DNA of 58,564 bases, the filler included, from an uncultured Acidimicrobiales bacterium (lineage in GTDB: Bacteria > Actinomycetota > Acidimicrobiia > Acidimicrobiales > UBA10347), in NCBI GenBank assembly GCA_943788915.1. It is 3 parts of 3 records of this genome, joined end to end, with 100 filler letters (N's around TTAATTAATTAA, not from the genome) between each part and the next. Parts side by side here need not be neighbours in the genome. Positions count along the whole stretch, not along the records: positions 31,870 to 58,564 come from CALSSD010000026.1; 2 more parts are not named here. One strand, 5' to 3'. Below are positions 57,485-58,564 of the stretch, piece by piece. Positions within the stretch are counted from its first letter, which is position 1. Every line of letters starts with the position of its first letter. Under the pieces are notes generated by a model, which saw nothing but the letters and a program-made list of their open reading frames with translations, was not told the DNA's origin and ran no database searches. The translations under genes were made by a program, and so were the position numbers.

Positions 57485-58564
57485 TTACGAGACAAGCTCC
57501 AATAGCTCGGAGCGGTCTGGCCCTGGCAGCGGCTGAGCCGTGAAATTCTTGGCAAGGCCGAGCGCATGCTCGAGCATGCCAGGCCGGGCCATAACCTCTG
57601 AGGGAACAGCATTGCAGCTGTAGATATCGCCGAACGAGCGCGTTGCGAGCTGATCCCTGGTCGCAGAACCCATCAGAGCGTCGGCGACATGTTCCTCAGG
57701 CGTTGGCTGGGGTGTTAGCCCGTCGCGGTACGACATCATGTCGCGTACTCGGCGTCGGTCGGTCGCGACGGTGGCATCGTGATACGGGCGTAGCTCGGCC
57801 TCGGTGCGCTCATGGAACGCAAGCGCTAGAGCGGCGGGATCATCGAGGTGTTCCGCTACACATGCCCGCGCAAGCGCCACGTGCATGAGGCCGAGTGTCA
57901 TCCCCCGACCGAGTGAGGGGTTGGTGCAGGAGCTTGCGTCGCCAACACTGAGCAGTCCGGTGGCGCACGGAACCCCGTCGATCACGAATTCACGGTGTCG
58001 GTCGACGCCTCCGACCATTGTTTGGATCTCACTGAGCGGTTCACCGTCGAGCCAGTGCGCATGCAGCGGGCACGCGTCGAGCACCTTCTTGACTACGTCA
58101 GGGTCGCGAAATCGGCGCAACGGTTTGTCGTCGGAGAGGCCATACAGCGTGACCGACCATGTGCCGTTGTCGGCTGGCAGCGTCAGAATCGAGAACGACC
58201 CATAGGGCGTGAGGAGTGGAGCGATCATGCCCGGCGTCGTTCCATCTGCGGAGCGGAAGTAGCGGCCGTAATAGGCGAAGCCGCTGTCGGCTCCATCATC
58301 GACAGGTGCGGTTGCACCAATGGCTGCGAGCATCTCAGGTGTCTGTGAGCGTCGGCCTGTTACATCAATAACCAGATCAGCGCAGAGTTCCTCGCCCGAC
58401 TCAAGTCGGACTCCCGTTACGTGCGGCACCGGGCCGGAATTGTTGCTCAACAACCCTGCAACCGCCTCGCCTCGGCGGATCGTGATCCCCTGATGTTCGG
58501 TGGCAGCCGTTGCAAATGCCCACTCCAGCGTGCTTCGGCGTGCAGTCAGCTGATCGAATCGAGC
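57485..58564 (-). CDS. FAD-dependent oxidoreductase/monooxygenase, 5' part outside the window
   Basis: Frame is open to the window edge (ARRSTLEW...); ADLVIDVTGRRS and VGDA...TNPSLGRGM motifs. Confidence 0.85.
   Translation of the reverse strand, partial: ARFDQLTARRSTLEWAFATAATEHQGITIRRGEAVAGLLSNNSGPVPHVTGVRLESGEELCADLVIDVTGRRSQTPEMLAAIGATAPVDDGADSGFAYYGRYFRSADGTTPGMIAPLLTPYGSFSILTLPADNGTWSVTLYGLSDDKPLRRFRDPDVVKKVLDACPLHAHWLDGEPLSEIQTMVGGVDRHREFVIDGVPCATGLLSVGDASSCTNPSLGRGMTLGLMHVALARACVAEHLDDPAALALAFHERTEAELRPYHDATVATDRRRVRDMMSYRDGLTPQPTPEEHVADALMGSATRDQLATRSFGDIYSCNAVPSEVMARPGMLEHALGLAKNFTAQPLPGPDRSELLELVS

Noticed and set aside
1..58564. tRNA, rRNA, riboswitches, prophage, IS/integrase, defence systems
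   Set aside because: None was recognised by eye in any intergenic region or ORF; an Infernal/HMM scan would be needed to exclude weak cases.

Overview
This window is not one contiguous locus. It is three contigs (1-18874, 18975-31769, 31870-58564) joined by two artificial 100-bp linkers (N44-TTAATTAATTAA-N44). The DNA is moderately GC-rich and looks actinobacterial. TIGR03086, a Ddn/F420-family gene, DUF6159, expanded LLM and acyl-CoA ligase paralogues and many apparently leaderless genes suggest an Acidimicrobiia-type genome or MAG (inference). About 55 genes are present, almost all catabolic enzymes or MFS transporters: acoA-acoB-acoX, 5 acyl-CoA ligases, 3 LLM oxidoreductases, 2 Baeyer-Villiger monooxygenases, 2 Rieske oxygenases (one truncated), 2 N-acyl-D-amino-acid deacylase-like amidohydrolases, a haloalkane-dehalogenase-like hydrolase, an MBL lactonase and a molybdenum-hydroxylase/CoA-ligase/crotonase/SDR operon. 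I found no rRNA, tRNA, CRISPR, transposase, integrase or transcriptional regulator. Several genes are frameshifted, probably partly from sequencing indels. I cannot claim a clear new system. The best leads are: (i) a two-copy 57-bp inverted-repeat (REP/MITE-like) element family plus a perfect 37-bp palindrome; (ii) a Mo-hydroxylase operon whose architecture resembles CoA-dependent heteroaromatic catabolism (hmfABCDE-like) and includes an atypical SDR; (iii) a stand-alone, very basic 64-aa C-CxxC-H zinc-finger gene; (iv) an LLM-lactonase-CoA ligase operon; (v) a 15-bp x 8.5 tandem array that exactly fills a convergent intergenic gap. All product calls come from motif recognition without database searches.
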